Positions 1 through 12,904 of a stretch of DNA of 64,000 nucleotides are shown piece after piece. This stretch comes from Eledone cirrhosa. Lineage: Eukaryota. Below the pieces are notes generated by a model. That model was given only the letters and a program-made list of their open reading frames with translations, made no database searches and had not been told where the DNA came from. The position numbers and the translations under genes are program-made. Position 1 is the first letter of the stretch; each line of letters begins with the position of its first letter. The DNA is taken from contig OZ024748.1 of assembly GCA_964016885.1 (NCBI GenBank), forward strand, positions 14,446,001 through 14,510,000, in the 5' to 3' direction.

Positions 1-109
1 AGTGTCCACCAACAAAAAGGCATTAGCTCAGCCATCAGGCACAAACTATTTACAATATACACATATATATATATATAAAGCTGAAGCATATAGATTATAT
101 GCCCTCACC

Positions 110-395
110 CCCTCTCACTGCAAAGAGGTCGTGGAGGTGCCATGGCAAAAAAGCACCCAGCCCAAACTGTAAAATGTTTGTGTAGGTTCGACAGAAAAAA
201 AGCACCCAGCACTCACTGTAAATGAGGTTGGTCTTAGGAAGGGCATCCAGCTGTAGAAATCAAGCCAAAATCAAGCCCAAACCGTATGAGCAAGACAAGG
301 TCGACCGACCGGACACTGCCCACAACAGGACAACCCGTCTACCCCATGCTAGCGTGGAAGAATGGACATAAAACGGTGATGATGATGATGATGAT
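110..395 (+). mobile_element. RTE-type LINE/SINE 3' tail ending in (GAT)n
   Basis: ggttggtcttaggaagggcatccagctgtagaaa...cccatgctagcgtggaagaatggacataaaacggtgatgatg; same tail at 11990-12195, 32115-32292 and, inverted, at 29525-29670. Confidence 0.75.
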
Positions 396-558
396 ATATA
401 TATAAAATACTCAAGAAAACTGTTGAAATGCAACCATGTAAGAGACTAGCTAAACCTGCATAGGAGTAAGCTGTTAATTATATTTTCTATGGGATGTATT
501 ATTAAAAAAGGGAATACAGACTTATAAAAGAACCACAGATTTCAAGATCTTAATACTG

Positions 559-715
<157 letters not shown>

Positions 716-1536
716 TTAATTGCATAATAGCAATGTTAAGTAACATATTATTATGTAATTAATAAATATATAGCATATTTTGCTTTTTATAGAATTCTCT
801 CATCACTTGTTAATTATTATGCTATGTATACACACACAGACACAAACGTGTATGTATATAGAGATAGATAGATATATATATATATAATAATATATATCTT
901 TATATATATATATATAAATATATTCTATGAGGTATTTTAATCAAGTATATTTGATAGAATATTTAAGGGATAACTTTCACACTCTCATAAATACTTCTAA
1001 CTCTTTTAGCAGAAACATAATTTCAGAAAAGAAAAAAAAAGACCCCAAAGCAGTAATGTACAAATGAGCATAATTGTGAAGTGATTTCAGCAAAATATAG
1101 ATGACTGCACTCACTTGTTGCAAGATATTGCATAAAACTCTGATATTAGAGTTTGCTTTACTTCAAAGTAAAAACACCTGATGTTTACATATCCCAAATA
1201 TATTGATTAATTTGCATAAAATTGAGGCTTTATGCATCATTAACTTATTTTATGCTTATGGCTGTTAAACTTTATGTTTACCTTTAAGAACATATAAGTG
1301 GATATGTTGTGGATATATGAGATATACGGGTGAGTACAGATTATATAGATATGTAGATGATGGGTAATAGTGCTAGGATGGTATACATTAAATAATACTG
1401 TTGTGCAATATGTATATGTGTGTATACACACTCACACACACACATATATATATACATGCACACATATATGTTTGCATGTGTGTGCATCTGTACGTGGTAT
1501 GTAATAAAATATATAGTACGCATGCATATATGTGGC

Positions 1537-1578
<42 letters not shown>

Positions 1579-1917
1579 AACATCATGCACACACTTGCAT
1601 ATATGCATGCATATATGTGCATGATGTGTACTATATATTGTGTTATATACCATGTAGAAATACATACCTCACCAATAACTAAGTTTCTCTGATCTTTTTT
1701 AAGTAGAATGGTAATACAGCTATGAACATCTCTGTTATCTCTCAAGTTAATATAATTAAATATATATATATGCATATATATACCGACACATTCACTCACA
1801 CACACATATATATATATATATTATAAATTCTGGCATTATTATTACAATATGACCCTCCCCAAGTATAACAATATTTGTTTCGACACACGATTTCATATCA
1901 CAAACCTCGCAAAACAA

Positions 1918-1948
<31 letters not shown>

Positions 1949-2024
1949 GCACAAAGACACACACATCCACATATATATATATTCATGGAATTAGATAGAC
2001 TGAAACTGCAGAAAATTTTGGTGC

Positions 2025-2059
<35 letters not shown>

Positions 2060-2530
2060 GAAAAAGGATGAAGTTTTGTACATGTATTTAGTATTTTATT
2101 GTATATCAACCTGTTATTTGCATTTCACAGAGGTTTGGGTCAGGGTCACCCACAGAAGTTATGGACCCAACTCCATTTTCTCTCTCTCTCTCTCTCTTTC
2201 TCATATATATAAATCTATATGTGTGCGTGAGAGAGAGAGAGCCTGTAAATTAGCTGTTTGACAAAAAAGATGTTGGTAAAATAATAATCAGTCTTGCAAA
2301 AGTAAGTAATACGATGAATATGATCAACTAAATCTCTTCAAGATAATGTTCCATTATGACCATATTCTAATGACTGAAGCAGTAACAGCATAAAAGTGTG
2401 TGTGTGAATTTTGGAGAAACAAAAAAGTTTCTAAATGAGATACTGTCAAAATATTGTTCTGTATGTAAAAATTTACATTAATATGCCATGAATTGAATAA
2501 ACATTAGCCAATGTTGGTTTACAAACAATT

Positions 2531-3318
2531 TAACCCCTTTTGCTACCAAACATGCCCTAAACTCACCCTAGTTCTATGAAAGAAAACCACTCGTTTTCAT
2601 AGATTCCTATTAATATTTAAATCTTCCAGTATAATTTTACATACAAACATTTTATCAATTTATGTTACCAATGCCATCTTGATAATGAAATAATAATTTT
2701 AGTAAATCTTATGAAATTCTTCATTAATTATTTCAAATGCTGTGTATTTAATTAGAAATCTACCAAGGAAAGGGTGAACAAAACAGGAACATTAATATTT
2801 TCAGCTTTGGTTTAATCCTTTCCTTACCATATATCAAATGAAAAACATGGCCTATGATTTACAAATAATTTTGAAAATAATCACAAATTTGGAGTGATTT
2901 AGTAGTATAACTAACTTTCTCATTACTAATCTTCTGTTTATAACATAACTTCACAACATTTATGAAAAATTATGATGGAATGTTTTGAACTAAACATTAC
3001 CTGTTTAATCTTTTGTTACTATGTTTCTAATGAAAAACACTCTCCTACCATTTACAAATAATTTTGAAAAAAAAGCAAGAATTTGGAGAGGTTTAGTAAT
3101 CATATTATATATCTAACTTTCTCATTATTAAGTTGGTGTTTGGAAGTTTTTAGTTGACCTAGAGGTAGGTATTAGATGTGGTGGAGATCCTAGTCTGGGG
3201 TTCAATCCTAGGTGGGAGCTACACATAGGGGTCTTAGTTAAATATAAATGTTTTAAAATAAATAGCTTTGTATTACAGAACCAAGAGTGGTTTCAGGTAG
3301 ATTGTTATCTAAAGGTTA
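2531..3318. mobile_element. Cluster of degenerate TTAA-flanked MITE copies (piggyBac-like family 1)
   Basis: TTAACCC(C)TTTT starts and AAAGG(G)TTAA-like ends with a shared core (catatttctaatgaaa...tttggagggatttagtaatataactaactttctcattattaag); related copies at about 9251-9513, 26231-26480, 35670-35880, 49079-49220, 57230-57490, 58266-58400, 62819-62900. Confidence 0.65.
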
Positions 3319-3376
3319 AATAAATAGGTGGGATGAAAAGGAAGACACAAATAACAAAATAAGAAAAGCTTCGCAC

Positions 3377-3706
3377 CTGCATGTGAACACTGGGAAGATC
3401 CTTTCAAAATGTTATTACTGTTGAGACATAGCAATGCTTTGTAAGCTTTTCCCTCTCCACAAATTTTCTGTTCCAAAGATTCTTCATCTGTTGGTGATTG
3501 CATCTCTGGGCCATGAGGTTTAAATGGGGAAAAAAAGCGTGATGTGTCAATTTTATCTGCCCGAGTGGCTTTGTTTGGTCCTTCAATGATGCACTCTGAG
3601 ATATTACCGATAACTATTGGTTTAAAGGGGTCACATCGGCAGAGCTTTTTCTCGAAGAGAAGATATTTCAAACGGTCCTTACACTTTGAATTATACTTGC
3701 TTTTAC
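3377..3706 (-). CDS. THSD7A: THSD7A/B-like exon (330 nt, phase 1-1), last visible exon
   Basis: ctcctAG acceptor, GTgcga donor; GKSKYNSKCKDRLKYLLFEKKLCRCDPFKPIVIGNISECII...CGEGKAYKALLCLNSNNILKGSSQCSHAG; aligns with recalled human GKSKKKEKCKNSHLYPLIETQYCPCDKYNAQPVGNWSDC...CGQGYRYQAMACYDQNGRLVETSRCNSHG. Confidence 0.92.
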
Positions 3707-3789
3707 CTAGGAGGAAAACAAATATATACAAATAAATACAAATCAAGAGAATGTTTAAACAACAAAAATATGTTGGTGCCACTTTAGCG

Positions 3790-4450
3790 TGCAGTCTATC
3801 TGGTATTTACAGTTCAGTGTGTGGTCTACCTGGTTGTTTACAGTTTAATGTGTGGTCTACCTGGTCGTTTGTAGTTCAGTGTGTGGTCTACTTGGTATTT
3901 ACAGGTCAGTATGTGGTCTACCTGGTAATTTGTAGTTCAGTGTGTGGGCTACCTGCTCATTTACAGTTCAGTATGTGGCCTACCTGGTATTTACAGTTCA
4001 GTGTGTAGGCTACCTGGTTGTTTACAGTTTAATGTGTGAGGTCTACCTGGTTATTTACAGTTCAGTATGTGGCCTAGCTGGTTATTTACAGTTCACTATG
4101 TGGTCTACCTAGTTATTTACAGTTCAGTATGTGGCCTATCTGGTCATTTACAGTTCAGTATGTGGCCTATCTGGTCATTTACAGTTTAATGTGTGTGGTC
4201 TACCTGGTCATTTACAGTTCAGTATGTGGTCTACCTGGTCATTTACAGTTTAATGTGTGTGGTCTACCTGGTCATTTACAGTTCACTATGTGGTCTATCT
4301 GGTTATTTATAGTTCAGTATGTGGTCTATCTGGTCATTTACAATTTAGTGTGTGGTCTACCTGGCCATTTATAATTCTGCATGTGTTCTAAGTGGCATTT
4401 TACAATTTATCATGTGGTCTACCAGCACATTTACAGTTCAGTGTGCAGTC
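3790..4450. repeat. Minisatellite, about 31-bp unit (atgtggtctacctggtcatttacagttcagt), about 21 copies
   Basis: Head-to-tail degenerate repeats with no unique spacers. Confidence 0.9.
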
Positions 4451-5850
4451 TGCATCAAATATGAAAACTAATCTTAACCTGGTAGCAAAGGTCAGATTAT
4501 TACACATCATAAGACTATGTATACTGTAGTAGACTACATAGTAAAGCAGCACTGATACTTTACAGAGAGAAATTTAAATGAAACATGTAACTCAAACTTA
4601 AAAAACACAAATTTCCTTATTAATTTTGATATCAAGATATATATAGTGTGTGTGTGTGAGTGAATATGGTCATAATAGTTGTAGTGTTTTATCTCATTAC
4701 CATATGTTTTAGTTTTACACCTGTTGTAGAGTTTTGTCATTTTTATACAAATAATAATAATGACAACCTCCCTAATAAGGTCCTTTCAAATTAGATTGTC
4801 TACACAGATGACATCATGTTACTTAATGTTACTTCACACAATAAAGTGGACATTTTCTTTTACAACATCCCTTGGAATTTTGAAGATAAATCAAATTACA
4901 TCTTATATAGAAAATCTTGTTATGATGCTTGCTTGAAAATACTTTATTCTTTTCTAAATAATGGTTTCTAAATTTAGGCACAGGGTCAGCAAATCAGGAG
5001 AATGAATAATATGTTTAAGCCGAAGTTTTAGACAATTTCAAGAACGAAAGAAGTGAAAAAAAAAAAAAAAAATACAAACACATGAAAAATTTCTGTAGCA
5101 GATCTTTCACCTGAATTATCAACAATATAAGACTGATTTCATTTATTTCATCTTGAAGATATAATTGACCATCATAGAGAGATACCGTATTTTCTTGTGT
5201 ATAACATGAGAAAATACATACTAAAATTAAAATAAAATGATGGAGGGTGGCTGGGAATGTTATTATACATGAGTATAGAAAGTTTCCCTGCATTTAAAAA
5301 TAGTAATTTCTAATAGCAAGATTACAAATACATGTTGATAACATTTATTTACAAAGAGCCTTTGATATATCAACAATATTTGTTATTTGGAAATCAGTGT
5401 AGTTGAATGTTGTTTGTCTCAAAGATAGGAGGAAACTGATGAAATATATAAATGAAATAAATATAAGCTCTGATATGTTTTGATAACATGAAAAACTGAA
5501 TATCATGCGATATATATATATATATATATATACATATATATCGACAGTCAATCAACAAGATTCCAGAGCTCATTCACTTAATGTCAGATCTGACCAAGGA
5601 AACAATGTTTCCATTGGTCTTTCCAATTGATAATACTATCTGTCGGTCACAAATCCAGGCGAAAGGAGCAACCTGAAATAAAGTGTCTTGCTCAAGGACA
5701 TAACGCATCACCAGGTAAGGAATCAAAATCACAACCACACGATTGTAAATCCAATTCTCTAACAGCTCAGCCTTCATAATTATGTGTATGTGTCTATGTG
5801 TGAAATCAAGATTTTGGTGGGTAACATAGTAAAATATGCCAGCCTTAACA

Positions 5851-6036
5851 ATAATAATTGTTTCTACTTTAGGCACAAGGCCAGCAATTACCCAGTACAT
5901 TACTGGTACTTTATTTTATCAACCCTGTAAGGATGAAAGGCAAAGTTAACCTCAGCGAGATTGGAACTCAGACCATAAAGGGCTGTAACTCTATGCTGCA
6001 AAGCATGGTATCAGACTCTTTATCAATACTGCCAAC
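5851..6036 (-). mobile_element. tRNA-derived SINE family A copy
   Basis: Reverse complement of the family A consensus (ttggcagtat.g.tagag...gagttcaaatc...gttaactttgcctttcatccttac...gtaccagtaatgtactgggtaattgctggccttgtgcc...gtagaaacaattatt). Confidence 0.8.
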
Positions 6037-6146
6037 TTTTCACAAAGGTCTGTCCACCACTAAAAACACTATAAACGTTTGCATTAACAAACTTGTTTTT
6101 AGATATTGTTCAAGCAGACTATTATAGGATGCAACAGTTAACTTAC

Positions 6147-6341
6147 CAGTTAGCTCACGAGTTCTGAAACTAAAACTGTTGCAACCACCAGTACATGGGC
6201 TAAAATGAGACCATTCAGTTAGGAAACACTTTTCATTACATGGTACAAAACATGGTTCTGCTACACTAGGCATGGGTCCGACTTGTTCCAAACAGTCATC
6301 AGGGGGGTAACTGTTGTTATGCCGATCTTTGCAAGTAACAT
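6147..6341 (-). CDS. THSD7A: THSD7A/B-like exon (195 nt, phase 1-1)
   Basis: tttttcAG acceptor, GTaagt donor; NVTCKDRHNNSYPPDDCLEQVGPMPSVAEPCFVPCNEKCFLTEWSHFSPCTGGCNSFSFRTRELT (compare recalled human ECLQYAGPVPALTQACQIPCQDDCQLTSWSKFSSC). Confidence 0.93.
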
Positions 6342-6724
6342 CTGAAAAATATATAACAACATTTTAATAAAAAAAATATTATTGCTGCAATTTACGTCAT
6401 TATTGAAGTTTTTTGTTATATTATGGTACTATTCTTGGGTCCCTAATAATAGGGTGGGGTGGGTGGGGTGGAATAAGCAGAAGATGGGGTGGAAAATCAG
6501 TAATTTTTTTAGGTTGTCTCCATTGAGCCTTTTAAAAAAACAGAATTAGTCATTTAATTTACATATTGAGACCACAATCCATCCTATTTATCTTATAACT
6601 TATGGGATTTCTAAAAATGTACTTTTTTTGTCATGTATAATGTTTTTTGTACGGTCATATCAAAAGATCAACACATGGTGTGAATAAGTTATTCCTAGAA
6701 GAAAAGTAGTGTTATTGTTTTCAT

Positions 6725-6890
6725 TGGTGACGGTGTTGTTGGTGTTGTTGCTATTGTTGGTGGTGGTGTTGTCATTATTGGTGGTGTTATTGTTGTTAGT
6801 GTTGGTGTTGTTGGATGTCTTGTTGTCATTAGTGTTGGTGTTGTTGTTGGTGGTGTTGTTGTTATTGTGATTACTAGTGTTGTTGTTGCT
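6725..6890. repeat. (GTT/GGT)n degenerate trinucleotide repeat
   Basis: Visible directly. Confidence 0.85.
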
Positions 6891-7683
6891 CTGTAAGCAA
6901 CATTATAATGACTGCAAATAACTCAAGACTTTTCTCACTCACAATTAATTGATATAATTGTGTGCTTTCTTATTTTACATCTGGAAATAATAGAACTAAA
7001 ACTGAAAATGTCACATCTAATTTGTCCAGAAACAGCTTGATAGCCACTGATTCTGTTTTTAATAGCTAATAACTAGTAATGCCACTAGGTTACAACACTT
7101 AAATATATATTGTTGCTTATTTAAGTATGGTTCGCACCTAAAGTTCTCTAGGCCTAGATATCACCCCCATCTTGATATCAACCCTACCAGATATCACTGA
7201 TGAACTTTTAAGCATAATTGCATATAAATATGAAAGAAAGAATGGCAAAAAAAAAAAGAAAAAATCCCCAAAAGTCTAATTTGATCTTTAGGATTCTAAG
7301 TATTGTTTCTGTAATTCTAACAACTGAAGAATATATTCGGTGAAGCATAACTAGTGAGATGTATCAGATAAAGCTAGTTACTTAGTTACCTCTAACTAAC
7401 CATGGTCTGGTAGTAGTGAGGAAGAATGGTTTAGGGTGGCATGTTAAACATTTTGGATATATTAAGGTGTCTGCAATCATGCAAAGCTCCAAGTGTCGTA
7501 AAATGAATATGAAAACAATTAGTGTGATTATTGGTTGCTAGAGGTTATAAGCACCAGAACGTCTGTAGTGGAAGTACCATTACACACACATATATATATA
7601 TATCTGTGTGTGTGTGTAATGGTATACATATATGTATATATATACATATATATATATACATACATATATATATATACATACAT

Positions 7684-8293
7684 ATGGTGGCTGCCAACTC
7701 GTTTTCGAGTACGGCCACTACTTTATATCCATGTAGGAGAACCCCTACCGATGCGCTGAACAAGTGTGACTTTTTAGTCCAGCCAGTGACTTGAAAACTC
7801 TGGTACAAACACTACACTTGTGACAATTATTGACACATAGTGCTGGGCCCATGGTACCATGTGACGACAAGTGCAGAGAGATCTCCAGATATAAAGCAAT
7901 GCCTGTGCCGTGAAGCTTTTATAGTGAGTAAAGGCACTGCACAAAGCCAGTCCCACTCTCTTAACCAAGATGATATTTACCAAAAAGAAGAACAAGTCAA
8001 CATCATTGGATACCATCAGAGTTGCAGGTGTTATATCAGAGTTTTCCTTCTCCTAGAATTCTGCCTTGACAAAGGCTAAGGGGTCATCTCTCCCGGTGAT
8101 TTTGGATGGCCATTGACTCTTAAGAGCTCCTTTGCCCTTTGACAGGTTTTGTTTTTAGTCCCGCAGGATGTCCAAAGTCACCCTCCTCACCAAGAAACCT
8201 TGGTGGGGTTGCCAGTTTAGTCGCCAACGACCCGACCATGAGACAGGTTGTACTGGGATACATGTTACCAGTAGCACCAACTGGTGACCTGAC
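7684..8293 (-). mobile_element. Probable 5' region of an RTE-like LINE, flanked by TA arrays, with an HDV-like ribozyme remnant at its 5' end
   Basis: GC-richer island between (TA)n arrays; minus strand begins gtcaggtcaccagttggtgctactggtaacatg...ctaaactggcaacccc. Class assignment is inference. Confidence 0.45.
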
Positions 8294-8387
8294 ATACATA
8301 CATATATACATACATATATATATATATATATACATACATACATATATACATACATACATATATATATATATATCCATACATACATAT

Positions 8388-8420
<33 letters not shown>

Positions 8421-8690
8421 CATACACATATATGTATACATAAATACATACATATATATATATATACATACATACATACATACACATATATATATATACA
8501 TACACACATACACATATATGCATATACATACATACACACATATATATATATATATACACATACACATATATGTATATACATACATACACATATATATATA
8601 TACATACACATATATATATATACATACACATATATATATACATACACATATATATACATACACATACACACATACATACATACATACACA
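8294..8690. repeat. Compound (TA)n/(CATA)n microsatellite
   Basis: Visible directly. Confidence 0.95.
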
Positions 8691-9041
8691 CTTGATGTAA
8701 ACGTTGTCAGAAAAATACAGGAGAAGGAGGGTATCTAAGCACCATTGATGAGGAGTTTACAAATCCAGTATCCAAGATACACCTTTAGCTTCATACCCAT
8801 CATTATTGGAGCTATGGGTTATATACCAACCCGCTTGGACCAAAGTTTGACTGAACTTGGATTTGCGGACAAAGAGCACAGCTCCCTAATTCATAGTCTA
8901 CAAATGGCTGCGATAGCTGGCACCTTCAAAATTTGCAAAACATTCTTGCGATTGCAAAACATTCTTGCAATTCAAAACAACCTTGCCACCAGGAAGGTGG
9001 CCGGTCAAAAAATATACTCAAAATTAAGAGAAAGAGATAAC
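8691..9041 (+). mobile_element. 3' fragment of an R4/Dong-clade (restriction-like endonuclease) non-LTR retrotransposon
   Basis: [23 protein letters not shown]...FIPIIIGAMGYIPTRLDQSLTELG...LQMAAIAGTFKICKTFL resembles the R4/Dong C-terminus (PIVIGALG...QKAALLGT..I.R.FL). In-frame stop; flanked by TA arrays. Confidence 0.75.
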
Positions 9042-9111
<70 letters not shown>

Positions 9112-10735
9112 CACTCATGTTTGCAATGACAGACTATCTAAAGAGAAATAAAGAGTTGTGGATGAGGAATAATGAGAGGAATTATATTTCAGAGAACTAT
9201 GCTAACAGCTGGCTTTTAGAAGGAATGACAGATATATAGAGTTAAGGGGTTTTACCCTTTCATTACCATAACATTACCATATATCTAATGAAGACACTTC
9301 CTATGAGTTTCAAATAACTAAGAATCTGAAGGGATTTAGTAATATAACTAACTTTCTGATTATTATGCTGGTTTGGCGGAACATACCTTAACAAAGGATC
9401 TTACATAAAATTATAATGGGAGCATTTTAGATAAATATAAACACTTTAAAAGAAACAGTTTTCTATCATACAACCAGGGATTGTTTCAGGCGGCTTAGTA
9501 TGAAAATGGTTTAATCTATGATTCACAGTATCACTGTAGGGTAGCCATTAGGGACGATTTGTAATGGTCTGTGATCAAAGAATCTTTTATAGTCGATGTC
9601 ATAATTCAGTGAATATGAGAACATTCTTTGATCTTTGCACCAGTTAACAGATTGAACTGTTAGGCATGTGATATATGTTTGCATTCAATGACTTTAATTA
9701 CAACAAACTATTATGGGACAGAAATTCTTTTTATTTTCCAATGAATGTATGCTAGATAGCATTATTATAGTCTAACTCTCTAGACATGGAAATATTATTG
9801 ATATATTTGTAAATAAAATTAAATTCTTTGACTGAATTCTGTGTAGTTTTGCCTGTTTGCCAACAAAGGAAACATCCCCCAATATCGTCCATATGGGAAT
9901 AACATTTGACTGTATTACAAGTTATCTCTACTTCTGGGATGGTTTATTGCTACAGTTGCCTGTAATTGTGTGGTTAAGAAATTTACTTTGCAACTATGTG
10001 TTATCAAGTTTGATCTTAATGTTTAGCACCACCTAGGCCAAGTCTCTTCTACCACAGCCTCAGATCAACAAAACCCACGAGAGTAAAATTTGGCTGATAG
10101 AAACTGTAAGAATGTCGATTCATAGTTGATAAACTTAATCCTTTCATCATCATATCTCTAATAAAATACACTTTATTTCAATTAATTAATGATGCATTTT
10201 GAAGGATTGACTAAACTCATTAATCATTTCATTACTAAGATATTAACTTAACATATGGTTCTGACATAAACCTATGTTGGAAAATTAAAATAGGAACCCT
10301 TTAAAACGGTAGTTTTGTTTCAGACTGTCTTGGCTGGGTGAGTATCAAAATGGGTAATCTCATGCACAGTTTGATACTAGCTCCTAGGTTTTTGGCATCA
10401 TTAGTCGGGATACTCAGTTGCAAGCATTTGGGTCAGATATCCAGCCTGAGGGTAACTTCTTCCTTCTATATCAACAGTTTCAGAGAATCTGAAAGGGGCT
10501 ATGGGCTGGTTGCTGTTCTTCCTCTGCTAAATAAGTACAACAACACTGTCTTACATCGACAACATGGAATGAGATGGCTGGGTGATACGAGGATGGAAAA
10601 AAGTGATGTGACAGAAATAAATATGGAAAGAAGTAAAGGAAAGGGAGAAGGCCATGAAAGACATAGCTAAAAATGATGGGGGAGGAAATGAAAGTCTAAA
10701 TATTGGTGAGATAGGGAAAAATAAAGAAGTTTGTC

Positions 10736-11077
10736 ATGAAGCCCTGCATGTCTAATCCCTGCAAAGCTAACCCCTCCAAGGATAACTCCTGCAAGGCTAC
10801 TTCCTGTAAGGCTAACCCCTCCATAAGGCTAACACCTGCAAAGCAAGCCCTTGCAAGATTAATCCCTGTAAGGCTAACACCTGCAAAGCTAACCCCTGCC
10901 AGGCTAACCCTGGCAAGGCTAACCCCTGCCAGGCTAACCCCTCCAAAGCTAACCCCTCCAAGGCTAACCCCTCCAAAGCAAATCTCTGCAAAGCAAAGCC
11001 CTGCAAAACTAATCCCTGAAAGGGTAACCCCTGCAAAGCAAACCACTGAAAAGTTAAATCCTGCAAGGCTAAACCCT
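10736..11077. repeat. Minisatellite, 15-bp unit (gcaaggctaacccct), about 22 copies
   Basis: Visible directly; explains the PARLT-repeat and LAGVS-repeat ORFs in the track. Confidence 0.9.
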
Positions 11078-12904
11078 TATTTAGTTGAGAAAATGACCTT
11101 AAAATGCTTGCTGGTGATTTATGTATTTCTCCTTATTAATACAGTAAGAAGAGAGAAAGAAAAAAAGATTTTAATAAAGTATGATGTTTATAAAAATATA
11201 TTAAAGTATTTATTCGAGAATATAACATATGTAGATGGATGTTACTATTCAAAATGACTGAATCAACATAGAAATTGGTGTTATTTCAAATTCTAACATA
11301 ATGGTATATTAATGTCACTCCATTAATTCTTACTAGAAAAAGCCTCTGATTTTATTTCTGAAAAGAAAACTTAATTTACACCACCGACATCTCCATTTCC
11401 TCCCTCACTCCTTGCCACCTTCTCCTCTCGTATTGTTTGTTGAACAACTGTACTTTTCCATTTACATTCAATGTCATCTTATCAATCTGATAGAGTACTG
11501 CAGAGTTTGTCTTCCCAACCAAGTATGTATTGATTCCAGCAGTAAAGAATCTGAAAGCTTTGTTTTATGATGGCTTGGTGGCAGGCCAAATATATTTAGT
11601 CACTGGTTTGGAAATAAAACCACACGCGCACACAACTGACCAAGTGATTTGTCCATTGTAAACAGTACGGAAGGATATCAGGACAAACTAAGATATGGAA
11701 GAGGTACCAATGGGTTTGGCAGCAAACCAAACCATAAAACAAAGTTCCAATTTCCAGTCATGTTCAACTAATGTACTTTTATCTATTGTTGTTTGTTTAA
11801 TATATATATATCATCATCATTATCATCATATGTATATATGGATATATATGTATGTATATCTATGTGTGTGCCATTGGATCGAGATCTTTGGTGCTATGCA
11901 GTTATACAGAAGACCCACCTTCCCTTGCATACACACTTAACCTAATATACACCCCCTGTCCACATCCCCTACTCCATTCTCCCACTTTCAGTGGTCATGT
12001 AGGTGACAAGACAAAAAGCACCAAGTCCACACTGTAAATGTGGTTGGTGTTAGGAAGGGCATCCAGCTGTAGAAAACCTGCCAGAAACAATTCTGTATGA
12101 GTGAGATATGGTCTCCCGACCAATCTTGCCTCAAGTGGGACAAAACCTTCCAACCCATGCTAGCGTGGAAGATGGATGTTAAACAATGATGATGATAATA
12201 TATATATATGTATATAGGTAAAATAGAGTAAAATGATGATGATATATATATATGTATATATATATGTACATTTACACATATATATGTGTGTAAGTGTATA
12301 AAGTTATATCTCTATAAAGACTTAGGGGGTAATTGAGACTGCAACAATGTGTATATAAATATACAGATTTTTAATATATAGACATGTAAATATGCCAGAA
12401 AATAAGAATTTCTCTGAAAATTGAAAAAAAAGGAGAAACACTCTAATCAATTTTCGGACCTAGTTGGGTCCTAGTCAAAAGGTTTGGATATCATTTAAAC
12501 AAAGAAAAAAGTAAATGTTCAATTTCCTCTTGATACATTTTAACCAACATAGTGGCATTATCATTCCTCTGCAGTCCAAAATGAGACATCTCATCTCTGT
12601 GAAAGCTCTCACCCATCACTAAAATCTACATTTAACATTGCCCTGCTTTTACTATCTAGCATGACCATCTTACAGGGTAGACTGGGTAAAAAATATATAA
12701 ATATAAATAAATATAAATAAATACAAATAAATATATTTTTGCTTAAGATTTTAGCTTTTATTTTCTTTTTCTTTTTTTGATTACTTGAATCACTAGCTCT
12801 TTTTTATTAACTGTAAAGAGTACTCAATACTTCCTCTAGTCTACCATAGCTTACTAGCTCTATACTGACGTTTAAAACATTGAATAAATACAAAAATACA
12901 GCTC

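Noticed and set aside
3790-4450. CRISPR-like appearance of the 31-bp repeats (also the 21-bp repeats at 53133-53425)
   Set aside because: No unique spacers, degenerate head-to-tail units, eukaryotic intron, no cas genes.
10736-11257. 173-aa PARLT-repeat ORF and the antisense pentapeptide ORFs as genes
   Set aside because: Explained by a 15-bp minisatellite; no splice or domain context, and the host gene exons join without it.
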